Shown: positions 41,115 to 51,516, counted from the first letter of the stretch. The stretch: 64,000 bases of DNA from an uncultured bacterium (GCA_965371515.1 CBDUYR010000001.1:32001-96000); one strand, 5' to 3'. Numbers and translations: made by a program. The notes: generated from the sequence alone by a model not told the origin.

Positions 41115-42097
41115 TGGCGAGATACTTCGCGGGCAGGCTCGGGCAGTCTGTACTCCTCGTCTGGCTCGTCCTGACCATCACGTTCTTTCTTCTGCATCTC
41201 GCTCCGGGCGATCCCATGGCGAGGTACGACGATCCGGAGATGGACCCGGAGACGGTCGAGATGATGCGGAGGCAGTTTGGCCTCGACCGAAGCGTACCGG
41301 AGCAGTATGCGAGATGGATCTCGAACTTCGCCCGGGGGAATTTCGGGATCAGCCTGAGGTACAACCGCCCCGTCTCCGAGCTTCTCGCTTCGGCCGTTCC
41401 CAACACGCTGCGCCTGACCCTCCTGGCGCTTGCCGTATACATGATCCTCGGCGTGGCCCTCGGGGTCACGTCCGCGGCGAGGAAAAACTCTCTCTTTGAC
41501 CGCATCGGCACGCTCACCGCTCTCGTCGTATATTCGATCCCGTCATTCTGGCTGGCCCTGATGCTGATAATGCTCTTCTCGCTGAAGCTCGGCTGGCTGC
41601 CGTCTTCCCACATGCAGTCGATAGATGCCTCGAACTTCGGCGCCCTCGAGCTCTTTCGCGACAGGGCGGCCCACCTCGTCCTGCCGGCGTTCGTGCTTGG
41701 AGTTGCATCGGCAGCGGGCATGGCCCGCTACATGAGGGGCAGCATGATCGACGAGCTGAGGAGCGACTATGTCCGCACGGCTCGCGCCAAGGGTCTCTCG
41801 GAGGGTGCGGTGCTGATGAAGCACGCCTTCCGGAACGCGGCGATACCGATCGTGACGATCGTCGGCCTGAGCATTCCGTTCCTGCTCGGCGGCTCTGTCG
41901 TGACGGAGAAGATATTCTCGTGGCCCGGGATGGGATCGTTGATGGTCGAGTCGATATTCACTAGGGATTACCCCGTTGTCCTCGCGATCAACTTCATTGT
42001 CTCGGTGATGGTCATCCTGGGAAATCTCCTCGCCGATTTCGGCTATGCGCTCCTCGATCCGAGGATCGCCTATTCCGGAGAGGAGGGAGAACGATGA
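41111..42097 (+). CDS. Peptide/nickel ABC transporter permease (OppB/DppB-like)
   Basis: APGDP, DYVRTARAKGL, EKIFSWPGMG and LDPRI motifs. Confidence 0.93.
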   Translation: MMARYFAGRLGQSVLLVWLVLTITFFLLHLAPGDPMARYDDPEMDPETVEMMRRQFGLDRSVPEQYARWISNFARGNFGISLRYNRPVSELLASAVPNTLRLTLLALAVYMILGVALGVTSAARKNSLFDRIGTLTALVVYSIPSFWLALMLIMLFSLKLGWLPSSHMQSIDASNFGALELFRDRAAHLVLPAFVLGVASAAGMARYMRGSMIDELRSDYVRTARAKGLSEGAVLMKHAFRNAAIPIVTIVGLSIPFLLGGSVVTEKIFSWPGMGSLMVESIFTRDYPVVLAINFIVSVMVILGNLLADFGYALLDPRIAYSGEEGER

Positions 42098-42951
42098 GCG
42101 GCGGCAGGTCCCTCTGGTCGGCAGGATGGGCGAGGTTCCGTCAGAACCCCCTGGCGATGGCCGGTGCGGTCACGGTCCTTCTGCTCTACCTCGTCGCGAT
42201 ATTCGCCCCCGTGCTGACTCAGTACGATCCCGTCTCTCACGGCGACCTTCCGGAGATGAGGCACCAGCCGCCGTCGAGGGAACATCTCCTCGGTACCGAC
42301 AAGTTCGGACGCGATGTCCTGACAAGGTTGGTCTACGGCTCGAGGATCTCGCTGATGGTGAGCTTCCTTGCCGTTACGATATCCGTCGTCCTCGGATCGA
42401 TAATAGGAGCGGCCGCAGGGTATACCGGCGGGATAGTCGATGCCGTGCTGATGAGGATGGTCGACGCGCTTATGTCGATCCCGAGACTTTTCCTGCTGCT
42501 GACGTGTATAGCCCTGTTCTCGAGGAGCCTTCTGCTCGTCACCGTCCTGCTGGGCGCGACGGGATGGATGGGCACGGCCCGCCTGGTGCGCGGGCAGATC
42601 CTGTCGTTGAAGAACAGGGAGTTTGTCAGCGCGGCCGAGGCGCTCGGAGCGGGGAACAGCCGTATCGTCCTCCGCCACCTCATACCCAATGCGCTGACCG
42701 TGATAATCGTTTCGGCGACACTGAGGATAGGCCTGATCATACTCGTCGAAGCGGCCCTGAGTTTTCTCGGCCTCGGCGTCCCGCCCCCGACGCCGAGCTG
42801 GGGACAGATGGTCTACGAGGGACGCGATGTCCTGCTCGACGGCTGGTGGGTTTCGACCTTTCCAGGCATGGCGATTGTTGTTACAGTGGTCGCGTACAAT
42901 CTTCTCGGGGACGGCCTGAGAGACTCGTTCGACCCGATCCAGTTCACATAG
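42094..42951 (+). CDS. Peptide/nickel ABC transporter permease (OppC/DppC-like)
   Basis: [19 protein letters not shown] and NLLGDGLRD motifs. Confidence 0.93.
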   Translation: MSGGRSLWSAGWARFRQNPLAMAGAVTVLLLYLVAIFAPVLTQYDPVSHGDLPEMRHQPPSREHLLGTDKFGRDVLTRLVYGSRISLMVSFLAVTISVVLGSIIGAAAGYTGGIVDAVLMRMVDALMSIPRLFLLLTCIALFSRSLLLVTVLLGATGWMGTARLVRGQILSLKNREFVSAAEALGAGNSRIVLRHLIPNALTVIIVSATLRIGLIILVEAALSFLGLGVPPPTPSWGQMVYEGRDVLLDGWWVSTFPGMAIVVTVVAYNLLGDGLRDSFDPIQFT

Positions 42952-42967
42952 ATGGCAGAGAAGGAAT

Positions 42968-43945
42968 ATGCCCGAAGAGCTCCTTAAGATAGACGACCTG
43001 AGAACGGTGTTCCATACAGAGGCCGGGACGGTCAGGGCGGTCGACGGCGTGAGCTTCACCGTCGGGCGCGGAGAGACTGTCGGGCTGGTCGGCGAGTCGG
43101 GGTGCGGAAAGAGCGTTACGGCCCTCTCGATAATGAGACTGGTGACCGATCCACCCGGACGGATCGAGGGAGGGAGCATCCTCTTCGAGGGGAGGGACCT
43201 CCTCGGGCTGAGCGAGAAGGAGATGAGGAATGTCAGGGGCAACGAGATATCGATCGTCTTCCAGGAGCCGCTGAGCAGCCTCAATCCCGTCTTCACCTGT
43301 GGAGAACAGATCAGAGAGGCAATAGCCCTCCACCAGAAGCTCAACCGCCGGAAGTCGAAGGAGAAGGCGATCGAGATGCTCCGGATCGTCAGGATTCCCG
43401 ATCCGGAGAAACGTTACGGCAGTTATCCTCACCAGATGAGTGGGGGGATGAGGCAGCGGGTGATGATCGCGATGGCATTGAGCTGCAAGCCCAAGCTCCT
43501 GCTCGCCGACGAGCCGTCGACGGCGCTCGACGTATCGGTCCAGGCTCAGATAATAGAGCTCCTGGCCGAGCTGAGCGATGGCATGGACATGGCGATCCTT
43601 CTCATCACGCACGACCTGGCCGTCGTCGCGCAGATGGCCGACCGAGTCGTCGTGATGTACGCGGGGACAGTGGTAGAGGAATCGCCGGTGAAGGAACTCT
43701 TCGGATCGCCGGCGCACCCGTACACGAAGGGGCTCATCGATTCGATCCCGAGGCTCGGCCAGAGACTCGAGAGACTGCCGATGATCCCGGGTAACGTGCC
43801 CGATCCGCTCGATCTCCCCGAAGGGTGCAGGTTCAGTGACCGGTGTCCGGCGAGATTCGAAAAATGCGCCACCGAACCTCCGCTCTTCGATCAGCCCGGC
43901 GGCCGCCTGGCGAGGTGCTGGCTCTGCGAGGGGGGAAGCGGATGA
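42968..43945 (+). CDS. Peptide ABC transporter ATPase (OppD/DppD-like)
   Basis: [20 protein letters not shown] and a C-terminal GCRF..RC Cys motif. Confidence 0.94.
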   Translation: MPEELLKIDDLRTVFHTEAGTVRAVDGVSFTVGRGETVGLVGESGCGKSVTALSIMRLVTDPPGRIEGGSILFEGRDLLGLSEKEMRNVRGNEISIVFQEPLSSLNPVFTCGEQIREAIALHQKLNRRKSKEKAIEMLRIVRIPDPEKRYGSYPHQMSGGMRQRVMIAMALSCKPKLLLADEPSTALDVSVQAQIIELLAELSDGMDMAILLITHDLAVVAQMADRVVVMYAGTVVEESPVKELFGSPAHPYTKGLIDSIPRLGQRLERLPMIPGNVPDPLDLPEGCRFSDRCPARFEKCATEPPLFDQPGGRLARCWLCEGGSG

Positions 43946-44904
43946 GTATCCTCGTTGCGAAGGGGTTGAAGAAATACTACAGGAGCCAGGGAGGGTTTTT
44001 CCTGCGAGGCAGGCAGCTGGTCAGGGCGGTCGACGGCGTCGACATCGAGCTCGAAAAGGGAATGACCCTCGGGCTGGTCGGAGAATCGGGCTGCGGCAAG
44101 AGTACGCTGGCACGATTGCTCCTCAGGCTCGAGGAGCCGACTGCAGGGACGCTCGAGATAGACGGGGCCGATTTTTTCGCCCTCAGGGGTGGGGAGCTGC
44201 GCAGGGCGCGCAGGAAGATCCAGATGATCTTCCAGGACCCGTACTCCTCCCTCAACCCGAGGCTGACTGCCGGCAGCACGATCGCCGAGGGTATAAAGAT
44301 CCACAAACTGGCAAGGGGCGCCGATGTGGAAAGGCGGGTCGTCGAGCTTCTCGGCAAGGTCGGGCTTCCGCGGGCGGCGTATTCGAGGTACCCGCACGAG
44401 TTCTCGGGAGGGCAGAGGCAGAGGATAGGGATAGCGCGGGCCCTGGCAGTGGAACCGGAGATCATCGTGGCCGACGAGCCTGTCTCCGCGCTTGACGTCT
44501 CGGTCCAGGCGCAGATTATCAACCTCCTCGCCGATCTCCAGAACGATCTCGGACTCACCTATCTCTTCGTCGCGCACGATCTCGGCGTCGTCGAGCATGT
44601 GAGCAACCGTATCTCGGTGATGTATCTAGGCCGGATCGTCGAGTCCGGCCCGGCGGAGGAGCTCTTTTCCTCACCTCTTCATCCGTACACAGAGGGTCTG
44701 CTCGCGTCGATCCCCTCGGCGAAACCGGGTAGCAGGGTGAGGGTGGCGATAAGCGGCGACGTGCCGAGTCCCGTTGATATCCCCGCGGGGTGCGCGTTCC
44801 ATACGAGGTGCCCGAAGGCGTTCGACCGCTGCAGCGCGGAGACCCCGCAGCTCAGGGAAGTCTCGCCAGGGCGCCGCGCCGCGTGCTGGCTGCATGTGGA
44901 TTAG
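43942..44904 (+). CDS. Peptide ABC transporter ATPase (OppF/DppF-like)
   Basis: ATGA overlap with the previous gene. [21 protein letters not shown] and GCAFHTRC motifs. Confidence 0.94.
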   Translation: MSILVAKGLKKYYRSQGGFFLRGRQLVRAVDGVDIELEKGMTLGLVGESGCGKSTLARLLLRLEEPTAGTLEIDGADFFALRGGELRRARRKIQMIFQDPYSSLNPRLTAGSTIAEGIKIHKLARGADVERRVVELLGKVGLPRAAYSRYPHEFSGGQRQRIGIARALAVEPEIIVADEPVSALDVSVQAQIINLLADLQNDLGLTYLFVAHDLGVVEHVSNRISVMYLGRIVESGPAEELFSSPLHPYTEGLLASIPSAKPGSRVRVAISGDVPSPVDIPAGCAFHTRCPKAFDRCSAETPQLREVSPGRRAACWLHVD

Positions 44905-44915
44905 AACGGCGCTGT

Positions 44916-45191
44916 TCAGCGCCTCGAGGTCTGCTCATCGAGAATACGGTTCGACACGGATCCGCCGGTCTTCAGCACCTTCGATCCCCTGGTGATCTTG
45001 CAGAGGCTCACCCCGAGTTTCGTGGCGATCGCGCGCTGTGAAACGCCGCGCTTGAGCATCTCCATGACTTTCCATCGTTTGGAGATGTCCTCGATCTCGG
45101 AGGGGGTGAAGATCTCCTTCATGAACTTCTTCATCGTCCGCGGATCGTCTATTGAGCAGAAGACCCTTACAAGCCTGTCTGTTGCTTTCAT
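44916..45191 (-). CDS. Trp repressor family (TrpR/YerC-YecD) regulator
   Basis: 91 aa from ATG 45191 (RBS GGAGAG). FTPSE...I..RW....ML..G.SQR.IA..LGVSLCKITRGS is the TrpR helix-turn-helix. Confidence 0.88.
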   Translation of the reverse strand: MKATDRLVRVFCSIDDPRTMKKFMKEIFTPSEIEDISKRWKVMEMLKRGVSQRAIATKLGVSLCKITRGSKVLKTGGSVSNRILDEQTSRR

Positions 45192-45359
45192 CTCTCCAGC
45201 CTTTGTGGAAGAGAAATCGGAGCCACCGTTCCGCAACAGGCGCTCGTATATGACGGGACCTGGGAGAGCCGGATTATCCGAGGGGTGCGACCGGCCCTTT
45301 GAGCCATTGCGGATGTGTGACTCCGATATCCCGATATTAGATATCAGGTGGCACCGCGT

Positions 45360-45400
45360 ATGTTACTGTTAATAGAAACTGTTTCTATTAACAGTAACAT
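45360..45400. repeat. Perfect 20-bp inverted repeat with 1-nt spacer, candidate operator
   Basis: ATGTTACTGTTAATAGAAAC-T-GTTTCTATTAACAGTAACAT. The repeat is read directly; the operator role is inference. Confidence 0.85.
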
Positions 45401-45427
45401 TATATCCTCCAAACGCGATCCTGTAAA
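45399..45427 (-). promoter_or_regulatory. Putative sigma70 promoter for the TrpR-family gene
   Basis: Minus strand TTTACA-N17-TATAAT directly abutting the palindrome. Confidence 0.6.
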
Positions 45428-45510
45428 GGGCCATTTTCGATTCAGTGAGATTTATTTGTGGAGAGCCTCGAGCATGGTGTATATTGTAGCCGCGGTAAAG
45501 GAGAGAGGCG

Positions 45511-46077
45511 ATGAAACGAAGATGCGACTGGCCCGCCGATAACCCCCTCATGGTCGAATATCACGACACCGAATGGGGTGTGCCGGTACACGATGACCGG
45601 AAGCTCTTCGAGTTCCTCGTGCTCGACGCCGCGCAGGCGGGGCTGAGCTGGCTGACCGTGCTGAAGAAACGGGAAAACTACAGGAAGGCCTTCAGGCAGT
45701 TCGATCCGGAGAAGGTCGCGCGATTCAAGGCCGGCAAGATCGAGGATCTTCTCGCCGACCCGGGGATAATCAGGAACAGGCTCAAGGTCGAATCGGCGGT
45801 GGCGAATGCGAAGGCGATGCTCGAGGTGCGGGAGGAGTTCGGATCGTTCGATTCGTATATATGGGGATTTACCGGCGGGAAGACGATAAAGAACAAGTGG
45901 AAGAAGCTCGACCAGCTTCCCGCTGAGTCGGATGAATCCCGCGCGATGAGCAAGGATATGAAAAAGCGGGGGTTCAAGTTCTGCGGCCCCGTGATATGCT
46001 ACGCCTTCATGCAGGCGGCCGGGATGGTCAACGACCACCTCGTCCACTGCTTCAGGTACAGGGAGGTAGGAAGATGA
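45511..46077 (+). CDS. tag: DNA-3-methyladenine glycosylase I
   Basis: RCDW, YHDTEWG, QAGLSW, IIRNRLK and GMVNDHLVHC motifs. Confidence 0.96.
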   Translation: MKRRCDWPADNPLMVEYHDTEWGVPVHDDRKLFEFLVLDAAQAGLSWLTVLKKRENYRKAFRQFDPEKVARFKAGKIEDLLADPGIIRNRLKVESAVANAKAMLEVREEFGSFDSYIWGFTGGKTIKNKWKKLDQLPAESDESRAMSKDMKKRGFKFCGPVICYAFMQAAGMVNDHLVHCFRYREVGR

Positions 46078-46919
46078 AAATACGGATGTTTTTTCTGATC
46101 GTGCTGGCCTCGGTCGTACTGATAGGTTGTGATGACACGACTTATCCAGAAAAGGATGAGGATTTCATACTGGCCGTGATGGTTCTCGACACCGGCCGTG
46201 ATCCGCTCAAAGGGATGTCGGTATCGAGACAGAGTCATCTGGAAGGGACGATACCCGACCTGTCGTCGGCAGCCGCGGTCTCTCTGGTCCCTGTCCCGGC
46301 TGCTCCTCTGGCACCGGATTCGCTCCACAAGGCGTATCCCAATCCGTTCAATGGGGTGATAGTTATCCGTTACGCGACTTCCGACGTCAGGGAGGCCAGG
46401 CTGGATGTGGAAGACTGGCGGGGCCGCCATGTGAGGACGGTCATCGACGGCGTCGTTCCGGAAGGGGCGCATGAGGTCCAGTGGGACCAGAGGGACGAGA
46501 CCGGAGAAAAGGTGCTTACAGGAGTCTACGCGTTGAAACTGACCTTGACTGACACGCTCGATACCCATCTGTTCACATATTCGGGCGAGTTGAAATGCAC
46601 GAACTACGATGACTTCTCTCTGAACAGCACGAGCATGGGAGAGACTGACCAGACCGGATTCTTCTCAACGCGGGACCTCGATTTTTTTCCATCGTTGCAG
46701 GGGCACGAACAGCAGACGGGATACGATTATATGGGTGACTGGATCGGCGTATTCTCGTTCAGCGACACGGTGACGATCAGGGTATCCACGCCTCCTCCCG
46801 CCGAAGGAGGGTATATCTATCACATGAGCCGTGACATCGTGCTGGTCGACGGGCCGAACTATCTCGAGTTCTACTTTGTGCCGGACGATTCCACGGGGGT
46901 ATTCGAACCATTGCACTGA
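46074..46919 (+). CDS. Lipoprotein with an internal FlgD-Ig / T9SS-CTD-like domain
   Basis: ATG overlaps the tag stop. Lipobox LIGC; AYPNPFN...GRHVRTV..G....G.H.V.WD.RD..G..V..GVY lies mid-protein. Confidence 0.75.
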   Translation: MKIRMFFLIVLASVVLIGCDDTTYPEKDEDFILAVMVLDTGRDPLKGMSVSRQSHLEGTIPDLSSAAAVSLVPVPAAPLAPDSLHKAYPNPFNGVIVIRYATSDVREARLDVEDWRGRHVRTVIDGVVPEGAHEVQWDQRDETGEKVLTGVYALKLTLTDTLDTHLFTYSGELKCTNYDDFSLNSTSMGETDQTGFFSTRDLDFFPSLQGHEQQTGYDYMGDWIGVFSFSDTVTIRVSTPPPAEGGYIYHMSRDIVLVDGPNYLEFYFVPDDSTGVFEPLH

Positions 46920-46950
46920 ACCCCTGGATCTGCCCTGCAGGACTTTTTCG

Positions 46951-46987
46951 GGCCGTTCCGGTTTTTTACAGGGACGGCCGTATTTTA
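46951..46987 (+). terminator. Possible intrinsic terminator after the tag-lipoprotein pair
   Basis: GGCCGTTCC...GGGACGGCC stem followed by GTATTTTA. Confidence 0.4.
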
Positions 46988-47120
46988 CTTGGGATGGCCT
47001 CCCGAATGTATTAATATAGCAACCCCTGATTTGAGGTGCATGGATGCGCCGCTCAGGGACGCCTCTCCGGGGCCCGACGGCGGACCCGGAAGAACCATCG
47101 AAAGCAAACGGGAGCATATC

Positions 47121-47438
47121 ATGGTCGAAAAGCATCTCGATGCCATCCGCGCGAAGGAAGTAGAGGCGCGCGAGCGTCTCGAGGCCACCGCGAAGGAAGC
47201 AGAGATCATTCTGGAAAAGGCACGCGCCGAGGGCGAGAAGCTGATCGAGGATACGAAGATAAGCGGGAACGAGCTGAGGCGCTCGAAAATGGCCGGGGCG
47301 AAGCAGGAGGCCGAGAAAGAGATCGAGGGGCTCCGGGGCGAGAGCGCGGAGGTGTCGACTGCGCTCGGCGAGGTGGCCGTACGCAACAGGGACAAGGCGC
47401 TGGAGCTCATCATCCGAACCTTCAGACAGGGCATCTGA
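47121..47438 (+). CDS. A/V-type ATPase peripheral stalk subunit G/H
   Basis: 105-aa charged coiled coil (AIRAKE.EA...LE...EAE.ILEKA), first gene of the operon. Confidence 0.75.
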   Translation: MVEKHLDAIRAKEVEARERLEATAKEAEIILEKARAEGEKLIEDTKISGNELRRSKMAGAKQEAEKEIEGLRGESAEVSTALGEVAVRNRDKALELIIRTFRQGI

Positions 47439-47459
47439 CCGGGACCGGGAGGGACTCAT

Positions 47460-49421
47460 TTGGCTGTCAGCCGCATGCTGAAGATGCAGCTGCTGGGACA
47501 TTCTTCCATCAAGGGTGATCTCAAGAAGTACCTGCGCGCCAGGGGCGTAGTTGAAGTCATCGCTGCGGAGTCGGGCGGCGCCGGGGTTGCCGCGCCCGAT
47601 CCCTCCAGAAATCTCGAGGCAGGCCTGGAGAGCGCCGAGAGCGCGCTCGAATTCCTTTCCGCCTACGAGACACCGAGATCATTCTTCGAGAAACTTTCCG
47701 CCGGCCCGCTCGAGACTAGCGACGAGGAGTCGGCCGAGCTCGCCCGGCGGGTCTCCGTCACGGAGTTTTCCGACCGCTGCACAGGCCTGCAGGCAGAATC
47801 ACGCTCGGCGATGGACGATCTGGCCCGGAGCAGGGGCGTAGTCTCGTCCCTCGAGCCCTGGACGGGACTCGATGTCCAGATGGAGGCTCTGCGCGCGGGG
47901 GATTACACCGTCGAGTTCTGGTCCTTCTCCGAAAAGACAGCCGCCGACATCCTCGAAGAGGCGGCAGAGTCTTTTCCGCTTGCCGTCTTCGAGACTGTAG
48001 CTTCCACGGGGGGCAGGAGGTACGTTGCCGCGATCGTATCTGACGGCGACGCCGAGGAACTCGGCGACATGCTCAAGGAGAGAGGCTGCTCGATGAGTTC
48101 TTTCGAAGGACTCGAGGGAACGCCTTCAGAGATCATAGAGAAGGAAAAGGCGAGCTGGGCGAAATACGAAAAAGCTGTCGGCGAATCGGATGAAGAGGCG
48201 AGACGCCATGCAGGATCGAGCGACGATCTTAGGATGCTGTCCGATTATTACAGGGAAGCGATCGGCCTCGAGGAGGTCGATGACCGCATGTCAACGACCG
48301 ACGCGACCTTCCTGATGGAGGGATGGGTGAGGGCCCTCGACAGGTCCTGGCTCGTCAGGGAACTGGGCGAGAGATTCGAGGAGGTCGAGGTCTCGTTCAG
48401 GGAGCCGCTCGAGGACGAGGAGCCGCCGGTCCATCTCGACAACAGGGCCGTTACGAGGCCCTACGAATTTGTCACGACACTCTACGGCAGGCCGGTCTAC
48501 AGAGAGGGCGATCCGACACCGCTGCTCGCTCCCTTCTTTGTCTTTTTCTTCGCGATGTGCCTGACCGACGCGGGATACGGTCTCACTCTGGCGGCGCTCT
48601 CCGCCTTTGTCCTGCTGAAGTTCAAACCGAAAGGTGGCGTGAAGAATCTGTTCGATCTTCTCTTCGCCGGCGGGCTGGTCACTGCGGCCGTCGGCATCAT
48701 CGCCGGGGGTGTATTCGGCCTCGGCGTCGACTCGTTCCCCGGATGGCTGCAACCATTCGTTCTTATCAATCCCCTCGAGGAACCGATAAAGATGCTGAAC
48801 ATCTCGTTCCTCATGGGGATCGTCCACATACTCTTCGGGATCGGCGTGAGGATGCGGGCGAATCTCAGGGCGGGACTGTTCTCCGACGCCTTCTTCGACG
48901 ACCTTGCCTGGATGATATTCATCGCAGCGCTCGCGCCGCTCGGATATGCCGGAATACTCGGCGGGCAGGCGCCACCTTCTGTTGTACGCGGCGCGACGTA
49001 CGTATCACTCGCCGTGGCGGCGGTGATTCTGGTCACGGGCGGCAGAAAACAGAAAAAACCCGTCATGAAGTTCCTCGGTGGACTGCTGAAGTTCTACGAT
49101 GTCGTCGGCTACTTCGGAGACGTCCTCTCGTACGCCCGCCTGCTGGCCCTCGGGCTGGCGACGAGCGCTATCGCCCTCGCCGTCAACGATATTGCGGCGA
49201 TGGTCAAGGGAATGCCGTACTACATCGGCTACGTGGTGATGGTCGTCATCCTCATCGGCGGCCATACATTCAATCTTGCCGTAAACACACTCGGCGCCTT
49301 TGTCCATGCGGCGCGGCTTCAGTACCTCGAGTTCTTCGGGAAGTTCTTCCGGGGCGGGGGAGCGGAATTCAGGCCTTTAAGGAGCGAGAGAAAGTATTCG
49401 GTACTCAAGGATCACGACTGA
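47460..49421 (+). CDS. ntpI: A/V-type ATPase subunit I (a)
   Basis: DPTP, DAGYG, DVLSYARLLALGL and RLQYLEFF motifs. Confidence 0.95.
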   Translation: MAVSRMLKMQLLGHSSIKGDLKKYLRARGVVEVIAAESGGAGVAAPDPSRNLEAGLESAESALEFLSAYETPRSFFEKLSAGPLETSDEESAELARRVSVTEFSDRCTGLQAESRSAMDDLARSRGVVSSLEPWTGLDVQMEALRAGDYTVEFWSFSEKTAADILEEAAESFPLAVFETVASTGGRRYVAAIVSDGDAEELGDMLKERGCSMSSFEGLEGTPSEIIEKEKASWAKYEKAVGESDEEARRHAGSSDDLRMLSDYYREAIGLEEVDDRMSTTDATFLMEGWVRALDRSWLVRELGERFEEVEVSFREPLEDEEPPVHLDNRAVTRPYEFVTTLYGRPVYREGDPTPLLAPFFVFFFAMCLTDAGYGLTLAALSAFVLLKFKPKGGVKNLFDLLFAGGLVTAAVGIIAGGVFGLGVDSFPGWLQPFVLINPLEEPIKMLNISFLMGIVHILFGIGVRMRANLRAGLFSDAFFDDLAWMIFIAALAPLGYAGILGGQAPPSVVRGATYVSLAVAAVILVTGGRKQKKPVMKFLGGLLKFYDVVGYFGDVLSYARLLALGLATSAIALAVNDIAAMVKGMPYYIGYVVMVVILIGGHTFNLAVNTLGAFVHAARLQYLEFFGKFFRGGGAEFRPLRSERKYSVLKDHD

Positions 49422-49913
<492 letters not shown>

Positions 49914-49947
49914 GATCATTACCCGCAACACGAATGGAAGATACGTA

Positions 49948-50538
49948 ATGTCGATCGAGAAGATATTGAACAAGATAGACGAGGACTCGCGGGCCGCCGT
50001 CGAGGCGGCGCTCGCGCGCGCCAGGGATGAAACGGCGGTCCTGTCCGCCCGTTATGTCCGGCGTGCTGAGGAACTCGAGGCTGACCTGCGCGCGAGAGCC
50101 GGGAAGAAAGCGGTCGAGGAGAAGCGGCGGCTGCTCGTAAGCGAACAGCTCGAGCTGCGGAAGGCCGTGCTGGTAAAGAAACGCGAGATCCTCTCGGAGC
50201 TGTACGATGAAGCGAGAAAGACTATCGCCGCCTTTTCTGGCGAAGAATACCTCTCGCTCATCCGTACCCTGGTGATCTCGATGGCTGTCTCCGGCGCCGA
50301 GGAGATCGTGCCGGCGGCGGGACAGGCCGCTCTGCTCTCGTCGGATTTTCTGACTAAGCTCAATAAGGAATACCCCGGTGGCGGAAGGTTCACGATCGCC
50401 GCTGAGGAGGGATCCTTCGACTGGGGAGTCGTATTGAGGGAGGACAGGCGGACAGTCGACCTGTCGCTCTCCACGGTGTTCGATCAGGTCATAGACAGGA
50501 TCGAGCCTGAGGTCTCGGCGATCCTGTTCCAGCAGTAA
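49948..50538 (+). CDS. ntpE: A/V-type ATPase subunit E
   Basis: MSIEKILNKI start, coiled coil and GVVL...VDLSL; operon position. Confidence 0.87.
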   Translation: MSIEKILNKIDEDSRAAVEAALARARDETAVLSARYVRRAEELEADLRARAGKKAVEEKRRLLVSEQLELRKAVLVKKREILSELYDEARKTIAAFSGEEYLSLIRTLVISMAVSGAEEIVPAAGQAALLSSDFLTKLNKEYPGGGRFTIAAEEGSFDWGVVLREDRRTVDLSLSTVFDQVIDRIEPEVSAILFQQ

Positions 50539-50553
50539 CGGAAGAGAGGGCCG

Positions 50554-51516
50554 TTGGCCGTCGATTATACATACGCGGTCGCGAGGCTGAGAGCCATAGA
50601 GGCGGCCATGCCAGACAGGGCGTGGTTCATGCGCATGGTGCGCTCGCCCGCACGCCAGCTGCTTGCCGGAGTGAGGGAGCATTACCCCGGATTCGAGGGA
50701 ATCGAAGCGATTCATGATTTCGAGAGAGGGATCGAGCTGGACACGGGCTCGCTGTACGATCTCTTTTCCTCGGTCCTCGGCGAAGGGCCGGTGACCGAGT
50801 TCCTGCGGGCCGGTTGCGATTTTGACAATTACGTCCTGGCCCTCAAGGGGAAAATGCTTGGCGCGGAACCGGTGCTCCTTCCGTTCGGGCTCACCGGGAC
50901 CGAGCTGGTCGAGGCTGCCGCCGACAGCGGCGATCCGTCGCTTCTTCCGGAGTACCTGAAGGGCCTTCATGATTCCCTGGTGGAACCCATGGAGAAGGAA
51001 CTGCCCATTGCGCTCGACCGCGAGGGCGAGAGCGCGAAATGGCAGTATCTCCTCGGCGCCGCGCCTTCGGAGGAAGCGAGGCACTGGGTAAGATTGAGGA
51101 TCGACATGGCAAATATAAAAAGCTTCGCGAGACTCCGTATGACGGGCCTGCGAAAGGGAGACGCCGCCGGCACCTGGATAGCGGGCGGGACGATCGAGTC
51201 GTCGAGATTCGAGAGCCTCTACACCGAGCCGTTCGAGGATTTTCTCTCATTCCTTGGATCGACGGAGTGGCGGGGGCTTCCGGCCCGGGGATTCGACAGG
51301 GAGATGGAGGCCTGGAAGATCGACACGGCTCTCGACAGCGTTCTGTTCGATCTGATCGGCGGCAGCCGGTCGCGGTTCTTCGACGTCATGCCGCTGCTCT
51401 ACCATGTCGAACTGAGGCAGAGAAACGACCGGATACTGAGGACGATAATCACAGGCAGGATAAACAACCTGCCCGAGGACGATATAGCGGAGAGCGTCGA
51501 GGCACTTCTGTCCTGA
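50554..51516 (+). CDS. ntpC: A/V-type ATPase subunit C (d)
   Basis: Y.YAVARLRA.E and IDMANIK motifs; operon position. Confidence 0.85.
   Translation: MAVDYTYAVARLRAIEAAMPDRAWFMRMVRSPARQLLAGVREHYPGFEGIEAIHDFERGIELDTGSLYDLFSSVLGEGPVTEFLRAGCDFDNYVLALKGKMLGAEPVLLPFGLTGTELVEAAADSGDPSLLPEYLKGLHDSLVEPMEKELPIALDREGESAKWQYLLGAAPSEEARHWVRLRIDMANIKSFARLRMTGLRKGDAAGTWIAGGTIESSRFESLYTEPFEDFLSFLGSTEWRGLPARGFDREMEAWKIDTALDSVLFDLIGGSRSRFFDVMPLLYHVELRQRNDRILRTIITGRINNLPEDDIAESVEALLS

Noticed and set aside
45188..45307. 39-codon minus-strand uORF (MAQRAGRTPR...) whose stop overlaps the repressor ATG
   Set aside because: No Trp or His codon run, weak RBS spacing and no terminator; not a credible attenuator peptide.
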